Numbered from the stretch's first letter, positions 15,314 to 29,962 are shown. The stretch is DNA of 64,000 nt from Octopus vulgaris (GCA_951406725.2 OX597815.1:105462001-105526000), one strand, 5' to 3'. Numbers and translations: made by a program. Notes: generated by a model not told the origin, from the letters alone.

Positions 15314-15347
<34 letters not shown>

Positions 15348-15350
15348 TTC

Positions 15351-15398
<48 letters not shown>

Positions 15399-15434
15399 GA
15401 AATTTATAGAAAATTTTAAGAAATGTATAGAAGA

Positions 15435-15807
15435 CAGGTGTATGAACAACAAGCAAGTGTAATAGTTTGACGCTCGGGAAAAACGAAAAATAGGATTTTA
15501 CGTTTCAAGCCTACGCTCTTCAACAAAAAGGAATAAGAGAAAATAAACTGAGAGAGAATGAAAAAAAGCTTTAAATTTCAACGGTCCAGCATGATTGAAA
15601 GAAAAGAGGTTTAAAGAATAGGGAGATAATAATAAAAAAAAGACATTATATGAAGGAGATAATAAAGTACTAGTGATCCCAACAAGAGGTGCGGCAGCGT
15701 ATGTGTATGTAAAAATGGTGTGCGTGAGTGTGTAAGTGTTTGTGTGTGTGAATGGCGGTGAGTGATTCTGACAGGTGTGAGTGCGGGCGTGTGTAACATG
15801 TGTGTGT

Positions 15808-15840
<33 letters not shown>

Positions 15841-17575
15841 GTCTGTGTCCGTATCGCAGTTGATGTATGCACATGAGTGTATCTGTGACCAAACTGTGTG
15901 CAGGTATGTGGTGTATATATATGAGCGAAAGTTATCATTGGCTATGTATGTTGCGTGTGTTAATGCGTATTGCGTGTGTATATAGATATAGACTGTGTTC
16001 AAGTATAATGTGCTTGTGTGGGTATGGGAGTGTGCATGATGAAGTGTGGTGTGTGTACGGAGTTAAACAGTGTGTGTGGCTGCTCATATAGTAGTACGTG
16101 TGGCGACGCTATTGAAGATTGCGTGTGGGTGTGTGGAGTGGGTGCTGGAACTGGTCAGTACTAGTGCGTGTGGAATGTTGTGGGGCTGGTTTCAAATGAA
16201 GGGAGGAGATGAGGCTGGTATCAGATGAAGAGAGGAGGTGAGTTGAGCCATGTGGAGCAAAGGATGAAGAGAGGAGATAATCATGTAGGATGAAGTGGCG
16301 AACCATGAGTTAAGACTGAGTCTTAAAGTCATGGTTGTCACTGCAGAGCCTGCGCAGGCGGAGGAATTTGGAATAGGGGATGGGGAGCTTGATGTGGGTA
16401 GGGTGGGAGGAGGAGAAGTTAAAGAAGGAGTGTGAGTCGGTGTGTGGAAGTAGTGAGAGCGGTGTGGTTTATTCTGACAGAAATGTCGGGAAATTCGACG
16501 GAAGATTTAAATATATAGCAGGAAAATTCGAAGGCAGGATGGAAAGCTTGGACAAAAGAGAGGAAGTTGTTTGCAGGAGAGTGAGGTCGCGCCGATACAT
16601 TCATTAATATAACGACCGTATAGTTCCGTTGTGGGACCAGTGAATTGGGAGAATATTTGGGCTTCAACATAGCCAACGAACCGGTTCACAGAGTTGGCGA
16701 CCATTCTCGTTCCCATGGCCACTCCCGAGACCTGTTGATAAAAAAACCCGCGAACAAGAAGCAGTTTAGGGAGGGAAAAAGTGTGAAGGTGTCAGGTAGG
16801 GGATCAGGTCAAAGGTCCAGAAAGTGTTTCAGCGCAAGAAGTTCTTCGATGTGTGGGATTACCGTATGTAAACTCTTGACATCAAGAGTGAACAGAAATT
16901 TAGAGGGGTCAGAAGGGAAGGAGAAAAAGTTAAAGAGATGGCGAGTATGGTTAGTGTCATGGATGTGGGAGTGGAGGGACGCCACTAGGAAGTGGGGCAA
17001 GGACACGGTCGAGGTATTTGGAGATCATTTCTGTGGGGCAGTTGCAGACGGAGGTGATGGGTGGACAGGGTTGTTGGTCTTTTGAATTTTGGGAAGGAAG
17101 TAAATAGTGGATGTGCTTGGAGTGCGGACAATAAAGTTGTAGGCAGTGGGAGGGAGGTGGGAGGATTAAATGAGCTCGTGAATAGTGGAGAACACAGTCT
17201 TTTCGTAGTTAGGCATGGTGCTTGAGGGGCAGAGAGCAATAGAAGGATGTGTCTTGAAGTTGGCAGAGAGCTTCAGCTTTGTAAAGGTGTGTGCATCACA
17301 CCGCCACTGCTCCACACTTGTCGGCCGATTTTATGATGACATCTATGCGGCGTCGGAGATATCGAATGGCCGAGAGTTCGGTCCGGGGAGATGTTAGAAC
17401 GTCGGGGACGCCTATAAAAGTTGGACCGGTCCACATGTTGGCAGATGCTTGCAAAATGATCGACTATTTGGAAGTGGCAAGGAATTGGCATCCAGTGGGA
17501 TGGCCGGCAGCCCAGGTTGGTGAAGCAGTCCTCTTCATTAGATGCAGGTGGAGTGTTGTGGAATAGTGCATATAG
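15435..17575 (-). mobile_element. Degenerate Penelope-like retroelement (RT plus terminal pseudo-LTR segment)
   Basis: YFLPKIQK..NPVHPITSVC, FLFTLDVKSLHTVIPH, AMGTRM, YGRYINECIG (decayed YIDD) and FAPHG C-terminal remnant; hammerhead-like remnant at the distal end. Confidence 0.85.
15493..15530 (-). ncRNA. Degenerate minimal type I hammerhead-like motif in Penelope terminus
   Basis: Minus strand reads CTTT-TTGTTGA-A-GAGC-GTAG-GCTT-GAAAC-GTA-AAAT: core, stem II and palindromic ACGT stem III layout with core substitutions. Confidence 0.45.
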
Positions 17576-17591
17576 CCTAAGTCACTGTTCC

Positions 17592-17698
17592 GTATTATTT
17601 CAAGATTTCTTGCCAATAAAGAGCCGGTTTCAAACCTAGATCCAAGGCTCCTTCATTGGAATTTCAAAATCAGTAACGGGGTATTTTTGTTTGTATGC

Positions 17699-17731
<33 letters not shown>

Positions 17732-17772
17732 TGTATGTATGTATGTATGTATGTATGTATGTATGTATGTAT
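17592..17772 (-). mobile_element. 3' UTR fragment of R4/Dong-like LINE with (TATG)n
   Basis: Matches 6075-6180 and 18185-18290 ('caagatttcttgccaat...gagccggtttc...ctagatccaaggctcc'). Confidence 0.8.
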
Positions 17773-18179
17773 AGACACAGAGAGAGATTCAGTAGCAGTA
17801 CATTAAAGTAAAGGTTATTTGCTAACTTAATGTGGCAGTCCCGATTGAGACAAATGCTACTGCTGTTTAGCCCCAGGAGACATCGTCTCCAGCTGGCTTT
17901 ACGACACACAAAGTTTAAAGACACTGACATTACATATGGGAAAGAATTCATAGTTTTAAATAAATTGTATGTATGGAAGAACTAGAAGGCCGATCTCAAA
18001 ATTTTCTGAAACAAGCAAGATAAATATATCTCCCCAAAACTTGAAATTACGCCATACGCTTATGTATGTATGTATGTATGTATGTATGTATGTATGTATG
18101 CATGTATGTATGTATGTATGTATGTATGTATGTGTATGTAAATATGTATGTATGTGTAGATGTATTAAGTATGTATGTG

Positions 18180-18344
18180 ATTATTCAGTTTATTTCAAGA
18201 TTTCTTGCCAATAGAGAAATAACTGGTTTCTAACCTAGATCCAAGGCTTCTTCATTGGAATTTCAACATCAACAACAGGGTATTTTTGTTTGTATGTATG
18301 TATATATGTATATATGCATGTATGTATGTATGTATGTATGTAGG

Positions 18345-18394
<50 letters not shown>

Positions 18395-18595
18395 AGAATG
18401 TGCAGATTTGTATGTTTTATGCGTGTATCTCTATGCATATAGTTGCATATATAGACATGCTCACATATATTTAAATGATAAACTTCTGGAAAGTTTTACA
18501 GATTTTCACAGTTCCAGTGATCTTTAGCCTTCAGATTAGCCTTCTCCTTTCTGGTTTTGAGTAGCATAATTTCTCAAGATTGGTTTTTAGGCAGT
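18180..18595 (-). mobile_element. 5'-truncated 3' end of R4/Dong-like LINE inside (TATG)n
   Basis: [20 protein letters not shown] matches the 6158-6598 ORF; TATG repeats on both flanks. Confidence 0.85.
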
Positions 18596-18821
18596 ATGTA
18601 TGTATGTATGTATGTATGTATGTATGTATGTATGTATGTATGTATGTATGTATGTATGTATGGATGGATGGATGGATGGATGGATGGATGGATGGATGGA
18701 TGGATGGATGGATGGATGGATGTGCCTGTTCCGACACTTTATCGATGCTTCTACCTGTTTTCCTGGTGCAATAGATATAATAGTCAAATCTCACTCATAC
18801 CAAACCTTATATTGTTCATAT

Positions 18822-19130
18822 AAAAGGGTGGGCTTAAAAGTCTACAGGCTGGTCAAGATACTCTCGCGGAATATGACCAAATGAGATTTATTTTTCGACA
18901 AAGTCCCCCTTGCGAGTCACACATTTCTTCCATCAGTGTTGCACTGCTTGGATTTGATTAGTGGAGAAGCTTTCATTCTGTTGGTAAAAAAAGTCATCAG
19001 CAGCAGATATGACTTTATTTTCACTTAGATACCAGTTCCCTGCAATGGTTTTTGTTGGGGAACAGATGATAGTCAGATCGGGCCAAATCAGGAGAATAGT
19101 GAGGGAGACCAACCAGTTCAAAGCTATATT
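18822..19130 (-). mobile_element. Mariner-family DNA transposon remnant (transposase C-terminus and end)
   Basis: Minus strand encodes WKKCVTRKGDFVEK-stop, the typical mariner transposase C-terminus. Confidence 0.65.
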
Positions 19131-19401
19131 AACGCATGTCTGTTTACCTGGAAAGAAACAATGCAGTTATTAATAAGAAATGTGGAAATGAGTGCATGCA
19201 AGATTTCAAAGCTCTATCATCACTTCTTCATAGTCATCCCATCCTCGTATGTGTGTGTGTGTGTGTGTGTGTGTTTGAGTGTTCGTGCGCATTTTTGCAC
19301 GTGTGTAAACACGTATACAAAAATATACATATACGCAAAAATATACATATATATATATATATATATATATGCGTGTATGTATGTGTGTGTGTGTGTGTGT
19401 G

Positions 19402-19442
<41 letters not shown>

Positions 19443-19559
19443 CATAAAATTAATATAACACTAGGTTGCAAGGTTTCAAGAAAAGAGACCAGTACAATTG
19501 TCGCTAAATGTGTGTTAAGAAACATTGCTAGAAATACGAGCTAAAATGCTCTAATGCTG

Positions 19560-20495
19560 TAGTTAATGCACATGAATGAAAACATATAAACAAACAGAGA
19601 CCTGAATCAAATTGATATATCTCGACTTTGTGAAAGCCTTCGATAAAATCGATCAGGGAATGATATGTCACAGACTGCTTGACCGCGTCATAGTTTGAAA
19701 AGTTGGAGAGTGGCTACAAGACGTTTTGAAAAATAGAAGTCTGGTGATGGTAGTCAATGGAGCTACCTCCAAGGAAATACAAATAGTGAGTGGAGTCCCA
19801 CATGGTGCTATCTTAGGGTCACTGCTATACATATTGGCCCTCTCAGATAGACCTTCATCTACACAGAGGACCACTTACACAAGCTATGCAAACGACACAC
19901 AAGTTTCGCATGTAATACAAAGCCCTGAAGATGGCATGCACCTGCAACAAGGTTTAGATGCAATATACAAGTGGACTGACGACAATGACATTCAGTTTGA
20001 CACTGGAAAGTTTCAAGCACAACGCCATCCACAGACAAAGTTAAATGCAAGGCAGAAAAATGTTAAGACTTTACGTCGTGAAAGGAAAGTGAGAAAGATA
20101 TGCTGCAATATACATCTGGAAGATCCTGGAGCAACTTGCGCCAAAGTTTGACGTTGAAAGTTATACAAACTCCAGAACAGAATGGCATTGCATAATGTCT
20201 AACATCCCTCCTCTGCTATCAAAACACAAGACCAGGTACTGCAACAGCTTGAGTTTCAAAGGTTCACAACTCTTCAATATCCTCCTGAAGGAGCTGGGAG
20301 ACCTACATACAGTGGATGCAGATGTCTTCAAAACTAAACTGGATCTCCTTCTGTCAAGAGTCCCAGATGAGCCAACTTCACGGCAAGAAGTGGAAATGAA
20401 GGCTGCCGCATCAAACTTCTTCGTTCACCAAATGCCAGTTATTAAAGAAGGATCAATGAAGGTGGAGCAACACCAGATCTTGAGCTGAAGCTTAT
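19560..20495 (+). mobile_element. Old 5'-truncated CR1-group LINE fragment
   Basis: YLD..KAFDKIDQ, SGVPHGAILGSLLY, YANDT (decayed YADD), then FKTKLDLLLSRVPDEP, homologous to the C-terminus of ORF2 at 45443-48478. Confidence 0.85.
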
Positions 20496-22600
20496 AGAAT
20501 ATATTATTAATACAGACAATAGCAGTATTAATACCAAAAAATAATCTTGCCCAATTTTTGCGTATGCTTTTATGCACAACGTATCCTTATGAGAGAGATC
20601 CTCTTAAAGTAAATAACGCAATATTCTGTTCTAATACAACTTTCACGTTAAGTTGGAGAGCAATATTACATTTTAATGCGTGTGTGTGTACGTTTGTGTG
20701 TGTGCATGCTCGTGCGTGTGTGTTTGTGTGTGTGTGTATTACATGTTTTACTATTTTTATTATTATTTCGAATATGTTGAATGTATTTTTGTTTTTACTT
20801 TGTTTTGCTTTTCTTCGTATTATTGAAATTATATTGCTTGTTTCTGACCGTCACATTCAATCACAATATATAATTCTAGAAGAGTTTTGCTTTTAACTTT
20901 TTACCTTTTGCTTTTAGCTTTTTTATATGGAAGTTAAGTTCATCGATCAGATTATAGGTTATACACATTTATCTTATTACTCATTTCTAAAATTATCACT
21001 CTAGCTTTGAACTGATTTGATTGATTTTTTTCATTTAATCCCGAATACCTTTTTCCTTGATCTCACATATTTCGAAATTGGATTTCGTCCGGTTTAGTTT
21101 GATCAGTTTTTTCCTGTGTCTGCGCATCCGGTTTCTATCTTTCTTTCTTTTTTTTGGTGGGAGGAGGGCTTTTTTGGTGGGTGCATACCTTTAGAACTTA
21201 ATCTGACTAATTTCCCTATCTAATGCATGTTTTCTAATTGCTTCAATCTCTTCTATGTACATATAAACGTATTTGTTTTGCTCCGTTATCCATATTTCAT
21301 ACGAACATTTTTTCTTTGCTTTTTGTTACCTTTTTCTCTTCTTTTTCACGTTTTTCTCTTTCAGGTTCTTCGCTGCCTGGTTTGAATTCTCCATCACTTT
21401 ATTTTGGCAAACTTATTTATTCATTATTTACTTGTTTTTCGGAATATTCATTCGCCCTTGGCTTCATATTTCTACGACATATTTTTCTTAAGATCTTAAT
21501 TTCTAAAACCTTTATTTTCATTCCTTTGGAACTATTATATTTATCTCCATGCGTATATAAGAATTATGTTATTCAGTCTTAATCCAGTTTCGACTCATTT
21601 TTAATGTTTCTAGTTTTTCATCGACAGTCAGTTGATTTTATCCAACATATTCCAGTAAGTTTGAAAAGTAATATTCCCTGTCCAATCATCTTTAAACGTT
21701 TATTTAATGAGTTGCTAAATAATTATCACTGCACCATCTACAATCATTTATAGGCCATCGTATTTTCCCATGAGTTCACTTCTGTCTAATAATAGATTAC
21801 GTGAAGGTTTCAACTTCAATAAATGTATGAACCAAGGCAATATATCTATGTTATCGGTAGACCTATTAGAAATAACAGAAAACCTCATTCATTGTACACT
21901 CTGTAACCACATGTATGCATATGTGTGCGAGAGAATGTATGTATGTATGTATGTATGTATGTATGTATGTATGTATGTATGTATGTATGCATGTATGTAT
22001 GTATGCATGCATGTATGTATGTATGTGACTCAACGCGGAAAACAACTTCAATTGTTTCAGCACGTTAAAAATAACAAGCAAATTTCCTTCAAATCACACA
22101 CTATTGTCCTATGTATGCATATGTAAGTATAAGCAAAATAATAAATTCTATACGCAATAATTAAAGGCATTAGAATTCGCAGCCTAATCTCTGTTTAAAT
22201 GACATCAAACTATTTCACTGTTTCGTGTTACTTTGCTACAATAAATAAGCATCGCCGATTACATTTGTTCACTGTTTCTTTAAGCTGTAAGCCAAAGAGA
22301 TTTATTGCGCAATTCCTGTTCCCTTCATCATTCCATTAATCTTACATAGTATATCCATCCATCCATCTATACATACATACATACATACATACATACATAC
22401 ATACATTACATTGCATTGCATTGCTGTGAAAAGGAGTGATCGACTACATGATTAGGACGAATTAATTGCTAACCTGTGATTTCTAAACGTTAGTGACATT
22501 CTCTGGCACCTTTGGTATTTATTCTTGGCCAAAACTCGACAAATAATTGGTAAATAAGAGAAATATGATTCGCAAATATATATATAATAATAATAATGAC

Positions 22601-22725
<125 letters not shown>

Positions 22726-23112
22726 CAGCAGCCGCAGTAATATAAGTAAAGGAAAAGAATTGTATGAAAAAAATTATATTTTAATCATTTATTTTATATT
22801 ATTATTGCGAGGAAAATGTACAGAAGATTATTAAAGCCTCACCTACTGCCCATCTAATGCCAAACTGCTATTTAGAGAATCTATTAGGTGTAATATTGTA
22901 TCAAGAATCTCAAAATCATGCATCTTCGTTCATATTTTTTTCACTTTTTATTCTCGTAGGTATTAATTAAATTTCCGTTTGCTTGAATATTTTGAAAGTA
23001 TTTTACTTTGTAAATTACTAATACTTTAATGTTTACTGTTTTCAGATCTATAAAATGGATTAGCAAACCACCAAGAGAAACTTTTCGTTTTGCTCGAACC
23101 ATTATAAATAGC

Positions 23113-23188
<76 letters not shown>

Positions 23189-23219
23189 TAATAATAATAA
23201 CAACAACAACAACAACAAC

Positions 23220-23257
<38 letters not shown>

Positions 23258-23268
23258 TAATAATAATG

Positions 23269-23813
23269 AATGCCTTGATGCAGTACCAGGCAGTGGCTCA
23301 CGTGGCTTCTGATCTTAACTGATTGGAAGTGTTATCATGTATATTGTTTTGTTTGGTATAAGAGAAATATTCTGCTCAGTACCACAGATTTGCTTATCAC
23401 TTGTTTGACCTTAACCAGCTGAGCATGTCCCTTAGTGGCTGACGATATATGCATCTCTGATCATGGGCAGAAGTAGTGGAGGAGCATCATAGCCATGTGT
23501 TGAGAGGGATTCTTTGGGGTTTGGATAATTCACCTCTGGAAACATGGGTGTTTCGTTCAACATCCTTAAACAACCCTTATTCAGGAACCTTTTCAGCGGG
23601 ATGGGTTACTTGACAAGAAGAAAATTTTAATTGGTCCCCACCTACAAGGTCATGTGCTGTTTATCTTGATATGAGATCACCATGTCGCGCACATATGGTT
23701 GTGGCGCTTGTGTCTAGTGTACCCTTATCAGACGGGTAGTCATGATGGGTATACTGGGCTTCGAATATTTTACCTCAGTGTCATTTTGATGGCATGCACT
23801 GCTCTCTCACTCA
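23269..23813 (-). mobile_element. ~545 bp non-coding interspersed element inserted in (TAA)n, full-length copy
   Basis: Collinear with 50838-51381; partial copies at 24687 and 38722; (AAT)n on both sides. Strand inferred from which end the truncated copies keep. Confidence 0.85.
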
Positions 23814-24605
23814 ATAATAATAATAATAATAGAGAAAGGCAATGAAGAAATAGTAATAAGTCGAGGTAACTTTTACTGAACCAAAGTTTTTGTTTTAAGT
23901 CTAGAATAAAGTGAAACAAATCAGATTCCAACGATATATTTTCATGAAAATGTAGCTAGACACAGTTCTTTTTTAATGCCGTTATCAACTACACAGTCAA
24001 ATAAGAAAACGAATCTTATCGGCACGCGTCTCCATCTTTGAATTTATTGATTCCTGATTCACTTCTGATTCAGCATTTGTTTCTCGCTTGCAGGCGTAAT
24101 GAACACGCCTTGAAGTAAATCTTTTCGCAATGTTTATGCACTTAAGTTGTACATACAAAATGCATGTGTAATTTTATCGAATAGTATACACTTATCAGTA
24201 TAAATACACTGATTTGTATAAATTATAAACTTCATCGTAATTCTCAATGTTTGTAAATTTCTTGCCTCTGGCTAGTGTTTTCATAATGTTTATGCAAACA
24301 AAAGTACAAGTCATAACTATTAGTTTAAGGATAAATGAGTTTCAAAAACATGAAATATTCATTAAATTTCTGTTTTTATTTAGCTATTTTCATTGTTTTT
24401 ATTTAGCTATTTATTGTTTTTATTCATTGTTTTTAATTAGCTATTTTTATTACAAGTATTGATAAAATAGAAAAACATCTTCAAAATTCTAATTCCAGTA
24501 AATGTTCATATAACTTTTGTTGTCATATGCTTTAATGCGATTCTAAACCTATTTTTAAAAATTAAAGTAATTTTGAAATTTCAAATATTTTGACTACTTG
24601 TTTAG

Positions 24606-24678
<73 letters not shown>

Positions 24679-24686
24679 TAATAACA

Positions 24687-24777
24687 AATGCCCTGATGCA
24701 GTAAATATCCTGATGCAGTACATGCCTTGATGCAGTATTTACCCTGATGCAGTACCAGGCAGTGGCTCTCATGGCTT
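24687..24777 (-). mobile_element. Terminal fragment of the (TAA)n-associated element with a triplicated CCCTGATGCAGTA motif
   Basis: 'aaatgccctgatgcagta...ccaggcagtggctctcatggctt' directly after an (AAT)n tract. Confidence 0.8.
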
Positions 24778-24977
24778 AATATTTAATGTCAATATTAATA
24801 GACAAAAACATAACAGCAAACAAACGGGACATTAATCAGATGTGTAAAGAAAGAAAACAGGAAAAAAAAATCATGTCCTAATCTAGGATACTTATCGACA
24901 TCAAGGTGTTTTGCGAAAGTGAAATTGATGCAAGCTATACTGCCCTGACTGACAGACAGTTTGGCTACATATCGCAT

Positions 24978-25013
<36 letters not shown>

Positions 25014-26235
25014 TGAAAATATGTATATACACGTAAATGTCGAACGATGAAAATGAGTGCTTAATACTGCATTGGTGGATATAATTTTTTATTTGTGAAG
25101 GCGGCTGTGTGGCAATTGAATTCTTCCGTTTTGGTTTTATATTGCTTATAGCTGCCTTCGTTATTTTATTATTTTCACATGATCATTTTGCTGAATGATC
25201 CATTGATTGATCTGGTAAATACAATATACTGACAGTCGGGATTCGACCAAACCATTCAGCGATAGTGTAGTCATCAATGAAAATTTTAATTTCAAGCGAA
25301 ACTAGAATTCTAGCATGATGATCTCGCTCGATGTGGGGTGGTAATCTCCCTTATCAGTACATAGACTTGTGCTTCATTTGCGGCTAAGAGGGGTTTTACT
25401 TCTTATTTCTAGAAATGTAGATACTACCCTGCACCGTCAGTCACAATTAGTGACAATTGAATCCTTCCTTTTTGGTTTTATACTGCTTATAGCCACCTTC
25501 GCTATTGTGTGCGTGTGTGTGTGCGTGCGTGTGTATGTATGCGTGCGCGTATGTGTGTGTGTGTGTGTGTGCGTGTGTGTGTGTGTGTAATGGAACAAAA
25601 ATGCAATAGAGGACAATAAAACAACTGGATAGATAGACGATACAAAGGCGGACAGGAAAAACAACAATTAGAGAGACAGAAAAGAAAGGACGGGTCATTC
25701 GTGGCCTTCTTTTGTAGGTAAAATTACCAGATGTCCTTACAGTTTCGGACAGTTATACTTGAAACTGTTCGATCTGGTTGCCCCCAAAACATTCTAAGCT
25801 AAGAACATTAGATTTTTTTGTAAGAAAGCTATCGGATGTGTGTGAACATGGTACGCAATTACAAATACAAACAACAGGTGTCTTTCGACTGAGGACGAAT
25901 CAAATTGAGCTGGCGTTTATAAAGTGAAAGCTTAAAGGCAGGAACATAGGACATAGACATAAGAGAGGTTAACGGTCGGTAGTCCGGCCAAGAAAGAAAG
26001 ATCATAGTTGGCCGAACACTAGTCAGGTGTAAGGAGGAGAGTGGGGGTAAGGGGTAGCGGGATTGAAGGATTAGAAAAAAATCAGAGACAAACGAAAAGG
26101 TACAGAGGAGATAAAAGATGTATATGTATATGTTTAATATTTTGGACTAATGGGTTATATGTCGATTAGTGTGTTGAAGTGTTGAGTAGAGCACTGGCAT
26201 AGTTTGGGCTACCTGGTATTATCCGCAGTCGTGGT

Positions 26236-26944
26236 ATATTTCCGTTGGATCTACTTCAGGAACTCCTCAGTGTCAGTGAGATAAAAAATAATAATTTCTT
26301 AAGTAAGGAGAAGATGGATTTGGTATTAACCTATATTTTGTACAAAGGTCATTTCGACCAATCCTGCTACTGTCCCTTAAGGGTGGGATTCTGTTTAACA
26401 TGCTGTATTGCATTAATCTTGCAGTCTGGGTCTCATCAGGTACATAAGGTTGTCTCGCTAAAGATCCTGAGTTTTGGTTGTCATGTAGCTATATGCCCAT
26501 CTGGTAAGGGAATGAACCATTGATACAATTTTCAATTACTATTATCTTTCTTCAATAAGAGTTGCAAACACTTCTAAATATTGACAAATAATTGTTGATC
26601 AAGAAACAATTGTAGGGGAAGTTAATGGATGGACATAGATGGATTGAGTTACATTGGATTTAAGACAGAAGAATCGTACCACACCGTCATATAAAACATG
26701 ACAGCCAAAACTCAGGATCTTTAGCGAGACACAACTTTACGTATGGATGTACCTGATGAAACCCAGATAGCAAAATTGATGCAACACAACATGTTGAACA
26801 GAGTTCCACCCATAAGCGACAGTAGCAGGGTGGGTCAAAACCACTGTGGTACAAAATAAAGATTGATACCAAATCCATATTCTCATTATTATTTTTATCT
26901 CAACTAACACTGCGGAGTTCCTGGAAAAGATCCAACAGAAATAT
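26236..26944. repeat. Diverged inverted repeat (~250 bp arms, ~210 bp spacer), Penelope pseudo-LTR-like
   Basis: 26236-26486 is the approximate reverse complement of 26696-26944; ORFs 26245+ and 26687- translate similarly (MDLV..ILY..YC.L.V..C.TCC). Confidence 0.85.
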
Positions 26945-28648
26945 CTATCTTCTTGTTACTTAAACTATATATATCATCATCATCATCATCATTATCGAGT
27001 ATCTGTGGTAGGTCGTAGGTCGACATTGACTGTTCTGTTCAGAAATCATCTCTGGAAGACTCGTAAATGGGCTACAAGGCCTGCTCTTGATCTGCAGCAA
27101 CGATGGCATATGCTGCAAGTGAAGCTACTTGCCGCAACGGAAAAGTGATGCCCTTTATATGTTTTTTTTCGTATTCTCTCTGTTGCTTCTCTTCAATGAC
27201 TGGAATTAAAAGTTTCAGCGATCGGTGCATTTATCGCGCCGCAGGGCCTTCTTCTCTCGTGTGTCTGGGGAGACGTACAATTGGATCAGGAAATAAGAGG
27301 TCTAAAATTTGAATCAAATGTCTGTATACCTCAACAAAAGATAAAAGGAATCTGATTCTGCCAGGCAGACCAAGCTAACCAGGTTGTGTCAAGCACAAGA
27401 ATCAGCTTGCAGCAGAGACTCCAGAGCAAAGACATAGGTGACTGAATCAGTTTATCTCACTGCTGAGGTGTTTCATCATAAGCACCTCTGAACTTCACTA
27501 TTCCAGCATGTATAGGAGTCTTTGCAACTACTGATTAAGCAAGTCAGTAAAACCACCACTTAACTGCTTCAACACAATAAAAACTGGGCCGTCAATAAAA
27601 TGTATATTACATAAACTAAAAGAAAACCGACTGGATGGAAGGAATCTTTTGTTTGAAAAATAATACAGCTGATTAGCCATTAATATTAGCAAAATCAGAT
27701 TCAAAAATATTCAACGCAATTGAAAATAAATTGGATCAGAATAGAGAAGGAAAATAGATAATATTAACATGACAGCTTAACTAGAAAAATGTTCCAGGAT
27801 ATGATAGAAGCTGCAAAGTAACTGCAGGGCTGTTGGTGTTAACGAGAACTTCAATTTCTTCCTGTATCATCTAACCTGGAGTTATGAACCTGTCGCAACT
27901 GTATTTAATGACTAGTAAATGGAACAGGAGTAAACATCATTTGAATGTGGAAACTATTGATTCCTAACCTGCAAAAACGAAAAGAAAAACTTCCAAAAAT
28001 ATGGGCCTATTACATTTTTTCCAGTAACATTCAAAGTCCTCGCATCTATAGCAGGCTGATTGCTCAGGTACAGAGAAAGTGATATATAGCTGTAAAGTCA
28101 ACAGCAACTACATGCCTTTAACAGAGTTCACTCATCTACAAAGCACAAACCAGTACCTGCATCTCCCCTATTTTCCTGAAAACCTCGACCTGTAGATATT
28201 GAAGTGCAGCTCGATCACATCCATCTCGTCAGTCTCTGAGAAGCTGTAACCGTGAAGGGAGATGTCCCACCTCTGAGTTATTTTCTTCATAAAATATGAT
28301 ATACTTGTAGTATAAAATATAGTTGCCCTGGCACATTAAGAGACCAGAGGTTTAAGTAGCATTCTGATAGGCTCGGAAACAATGTTTTTATACTATCAAC
28401 ATTAATGCCGGATCTCTTGCAGAGAATGCTTTTAGGATCTATTCTGACAGCTTAAAACACGAAAGTGACAAAGGGATGATGAATGTTATCAAAATGAAAG
28501 CAAATCCTTCTATTATATAAATAGGTGTGGAAATCACTTATTCGGATGATCTTCGATAATAGTATTTATCAGTAACAAGTGAATCCTCTTTTTCGTCTGC
28601 CATATCTCTCTTTCTCTCTCTCTATCAATCTACCTATGTGTGTGTATA

Positions 28649-29410
28649 CATGGGGCGATGGGTAAATTGTTGCCATTTTATAATTTTAATTTCGCGTATG
28701 CGCATTATTTGTTTTTGATTGTGTTGACTACATAGTATAGTAGGGTCAGTTGGGCACCGTTTATGAAAAAACCAGCACCATGACGCAATTCACTCTGCCA
28801 GAAATTTGGAAAAAGCATGCTGTACTGCTTGACATTCGCACCGGAAGCTCCGATAAGAACATGTACTAATATGAACATGTACCGAGAGTGATAAAAATCA
28901 AACATCCAGTCAACATCAAGATGTTTGGAGTGATCACTAGTGATGGGGACGTTATACCTTCATTCATCTTCCCACGCGGCCTCAGACTCAAAACGGAGGC
29001 CTACATCAAGTGCCCGGAGGAGGTAGTACTGCCCTGGGTCAAAAGGGTGGCTGCTGAAAGACCCTATGTCTGGCAACAGGACTCTGCACCATCACCATAC
29101 CGCACAAGCAAGAGCACCCAGTCATAGCTGTCAGAAAATTTCTCCGACCACATCACCCCTAGCATCTGGCCACCTGACTCCCCAGACTGCAACTCCCTTG
29201 TGTGGGGTGAAGTTGAGCGAGAGACCAACAAAACTCCTTGTGACACCAAAGATGAACTGAAAGCAAGGATTATGGCAGCATTCACTAACTTAAGTAAGGA
29301 GACTGTTCAGAAGAGTTGCAGGAGAATCCGAAGTCGTCTGGAGGCCCGGATTGAAGCCAATAGCTATTTTATTGAATCAATTTACTCTCTACCATTTCAA
29401 GATACAGAGA
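28649..29410 (+). mobile_element. Internally deleted Tc1/mariner-superfamily transposon (transposase pseudogene)
   Basis: MFGVITSDG, WQQDSAPS, WPPDSPDCNS, WGEVERETNK..RSRLEA.IEANSYFIE; begins after a TA. Confidence 0.9.
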
Positions 29411-29515
29411 TGTACTTGCATAGCAAGTGACCTGGTCTGAGCTCGTGTGTTTATAACCCATTTATAAATGGGAAGGTGTTTATAACCCGTTCAAGAAACA
29501 CACAAAAACCGTTAG

Positions 29516-29555
<40 letters not shown>

Positions 29556-29629
29556 TGTCTATCTATTTATCTAACTGACACGCCTACACATCTACACACC
29601 TATAGAGATATACAAACATTTACAGATAG

Positions 29630-29961
<332 letters not shown>

Positions 29962-29962
29962 A

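Noticed and set aside
24066-24120. Possible micro-exon (pyrimidine tract, GCAG, then GTAAAT)
   Set aside because: Splice-like motifs alone are common by chance; no supporting ORF or homology is visible.
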